A stretch of DNA of 64,000 nucleotides from Bugula neritina (taxonomy: Eukaryota > Animalia > Bryozoa), in contig OZ037766.1 in NCBI GenBank assembly GCA_964035545.1, positions 21,130,767-21,194,766 on the forward strand, in the 5' to 3' direction. Below, one piece after another: positions 61,236 to 64,000 of the stretch (within the stretch, counting starts at the first letter, position 1; each line of letters begins with the position of its first letter). Made by a program: the position numbers and the translations under genes. The notes beneath the pieces are model-generated. The model worked only from the letters and a program-made list of their open reading frames with translations, had not been told where the DNA came from and made no database searches.

Positions 61236-61319
61236 ACAGTAATACTAATAGTATGAGTAATAGTAATAGTAATACTAATAGTAATAGTAAAGTCTTAGTA
61301 ATACTAATAGTAATAGTAA

Positions 61320-62612
61320 TAACTTTTCATGATCTTGCAAGAGCAACCAACAGCTCATCAACTACTCATGCAGTAATTCTAGATTTTAAAAAGACCTTCG
61401 ATAAAGTTCCTCATTTACTACTCACAGAGAAAATCAGGCGAATTAAAGAAATTGACCCTTTTATTACCAATTGGATACAGAGCTTTTTGACTGACAGAAG
61501 TCAAAAAGTGGTAATCAAAGGGACGAAATCATCTGAAATAAGTGTAACATCTGGAGTCCCCCAAGGATCAGTTCTTGGACCAACACTCTTCCTAATTTAC
61601 ATCAATGATCTCCCTCAACTTGTCTCATGCAAAGTTAGTCTATATGCTGACGACACACTTCTATATGCTGAAGTTAACAAAATACAACAGCCAGCCTTTC
61701 AGAGAGGCTTAAACTCACTTTACAATTGGTTACTTAAATGGAAAATGCCATTTAATACCGATAAGTGCGAAGTGATTATATTTGGTAAAACTGATGACGC
61801 TTCCCATCTATATTCACTTGGTGACACCACTCTTAGAACAGTAAAGAGGCCAGTTAAAGAGGCCAAATATCTTGGTGTAATCATGCAGTCTAATATAAAG
61901 TTTGACAGACATATTACATCTAAAGTCAAGAATGCAAGCAAAATACTTGGCTGTTTCAAGCATTCGATCTACAATGCACCCATGAAGGCAAAATTAATTG
62001 CATACCTTAGTCTATGTAGACCTATCCTTGAGTATGCAGACACATTGTGAGATTCGACTAACAAAAGTGCCTGTGAGGAAATTGAACATGTTCAAAATCA
62101 AGCCATCAGGTTTATTGCTAACCTCAAAGAAAGATGTGGCATCGGTGATGCTCAAACTGAACTGCAGCTTAAAACTCTTGCCGGCCGACAAAGAGACCAC
62201 AGGATAACTTTGTTAATGAGAATACTCTCAGATGAAAGTGCCATGAAACGCTTTCATCTGCTTATGATGAACTATTAAATTCAAATCGGTCAATAAACAC
62301 TCGATCTGCTAAGAGAGGAGAACTAACAACAATTTCTGCATCCTCACAGACTTTTCACAACAGTTTTCTCCCTCAAAGCATTAGAGATTTGAAGATACCA
62401 CCTCATAACGCAAACTCAGCTTAGCTATGTGCTAAAACTCTTTACATTGCAATTAAAATATCCAAACTTAGTTACATGCTAGAATAGATACATTTCAACA
62501 CATGATAAACCCAAACAGAAACAACACAAGTCTAAGAGGCATTCATAATTTTGCGCCAGTAGGTGTTAGCAGAGTGTTCTAATTTTTACGAGGTGAATTA
62601 CGAGGTGATAAC
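61320..62612 (+). mobile_element. 5'-truncated, decayed CR1-group LINE (RT domain to 3' end)
   Basis: LDFKKTFDKVPH, SGVPQGSVLGPTLFLIYINDL, YADD, KYLGV, RPILEYA, FHNSFLPQSIRD; tail ttacgaggtga x2. Confidence 0.88.
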
Positions 62613-63940
62613 TATAGTATTTAGTTATTACTCATAGTTATACTATTACTAATATTAATACTAATACTAATAGTAAATTAATACTAATATTTACGTTAAT
62701 GATACTATAAGTATAAGTATATTTATAGTTATTACTATTACTATTGGTATTATTAAGTATAACTATACTCTATTACTATAGTAATCGTATAACTATAAGT
62801 TTATCACCGATATTCTTATAGTTATACTTATATTGTAATGCCATTGTTATACTCACTAATACTGTAGTTAATGTTTTACTCATAGTTATACAGTTATGCA
62901 GTTTAAGTTTGAGTTTTACTAATAGTTATGTTAATACTAATAGTAATACTTGTTCTAATAGTAATACTAATATTGTTTTAATATTATCACTTTCCACTAT
63001 GGCTATAGTGCTAGTCTATATTTATAGTCATAGTGATAGTCTCTATACTACAAGTACATGTTTATAAGTATAAGACTAAGTTGAAGTATAATATTAAGTT
63101 TAACTATAACTCATGATAACTTATAATTATACTTGAGTCTTAAAGCTAGTAATATAGAACTAATACTAAAAGTAATAGTAATACAGTATGAGTATTACTA
63201 ATAGCGATAAGAATAACTTTAAGCCTAAATATTATTAGTATAACAATTTCAGTATTTCAATTTGTAATTATTAGGATTGCTATTATGATTATCATGTTCA
63301 TGCTGAATTTAACAATGATCTTGTAATCATTACAATAATCATTTGCTTACAGTTACTGTTACTATTAATGTTAAAGTAGTACTAATACTTAATTTTATGT
63401 TATTCTAACTCTAAATCTGTTTCAGTTATTGTCTATGGCTAAAGTTAATAACTAAAACTTGAAAGTTAAGGTGAAAGTAAATATGATATTAAATTTAATA
63501 TTAATAGTATTACTAATGGTAATAGTGATACTAATAGTAATAGTAATAGCCATAGTTATACCTATAGTATTACTATAAGTATAACTATAACTATAAGTTA
63601 ATATTAGTAATTTATTATTAAGTATCGATATTACATTTACTATAACTATGAACTATTAGTATTATTATAAGTATTACTATTACTACAGGTATATTAATAT
63701 TGTATTTAGTGATTAACTACCCATATTGGCTTTTATTTTAAGTTTAGGTAATGAAGTTATAAGTTATCATTATAGCGAAAAACAATTTCAATTTGGTGCA
63801 AGTTGAAGTTCATGATACTTGAATATAGTTATGAATTATCATAATCATCAGTGATATTCTGATAATGATGATTAATAATATTATTATTGATAATAATCAT
63901 TTAGTGATAATGGTGATGATAGATTAATTTAATTTAATCA
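62613..63940. repeat. Cryptic hexamer-phased low-complexity tract (tagtaa/tactaa/tagtta/tagtga words)
   Basis: Directly visible; the same texture occurs at 17230-17930, 18740-19300, 20815-21300, 41260-42450 and 60345-60760. Confidence 0.7.
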
Positions 63941-64000
63941 ACTCGACTTGGATTCAACGTGATTTAGAGTTAGACGCAGCTCTGGTGATCACTCTTCCAC

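Overview
AT-rich, intron-containing animal (invertebrate) genomic DNA; a lophotrochozoan origin is plausible but is only an inference. Spliced gene models were read by hand from splice sites and reading-frame continuity. In order: the 3' part of MCTP (+), ERI1 (-), NSUN6 (+, head-to-head with ERI1), two tandem gustatory-receptor-like (GRL/7tm_7) genes (-), a C20orf96/DUF4618 homolog (-), YTHDC1 (+, head-to-head with C20orf96), an intronless type I membrane protein (+), and a candidate 9-exon micro-exon gene (-). Mobile DNA includes a young 5'-truncated RTE LINE with a 14-bp TSD, a decayed Tc1 with perfect TIRs, an Academ-like XPG/PIN relic, two CR1-group LINE fragments, several MITEs and tRNA-derived SINEs. 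The most interesting signals are: (1) a GGACT (m6A motif) cluster behind a PTC-introducing alternative acceptor in the YTHDC1 intron after the YTH domain, a candidate m6A-sensing autoregulatory switch; (2) hexamer-phased low-complexity tracts next to the inferred promoters; (3) the micro-exon gene; (4) polybasic micro-exons, a GC-AG intron and a duplicated last exon in MCTP. All models lack transcript confirmation.
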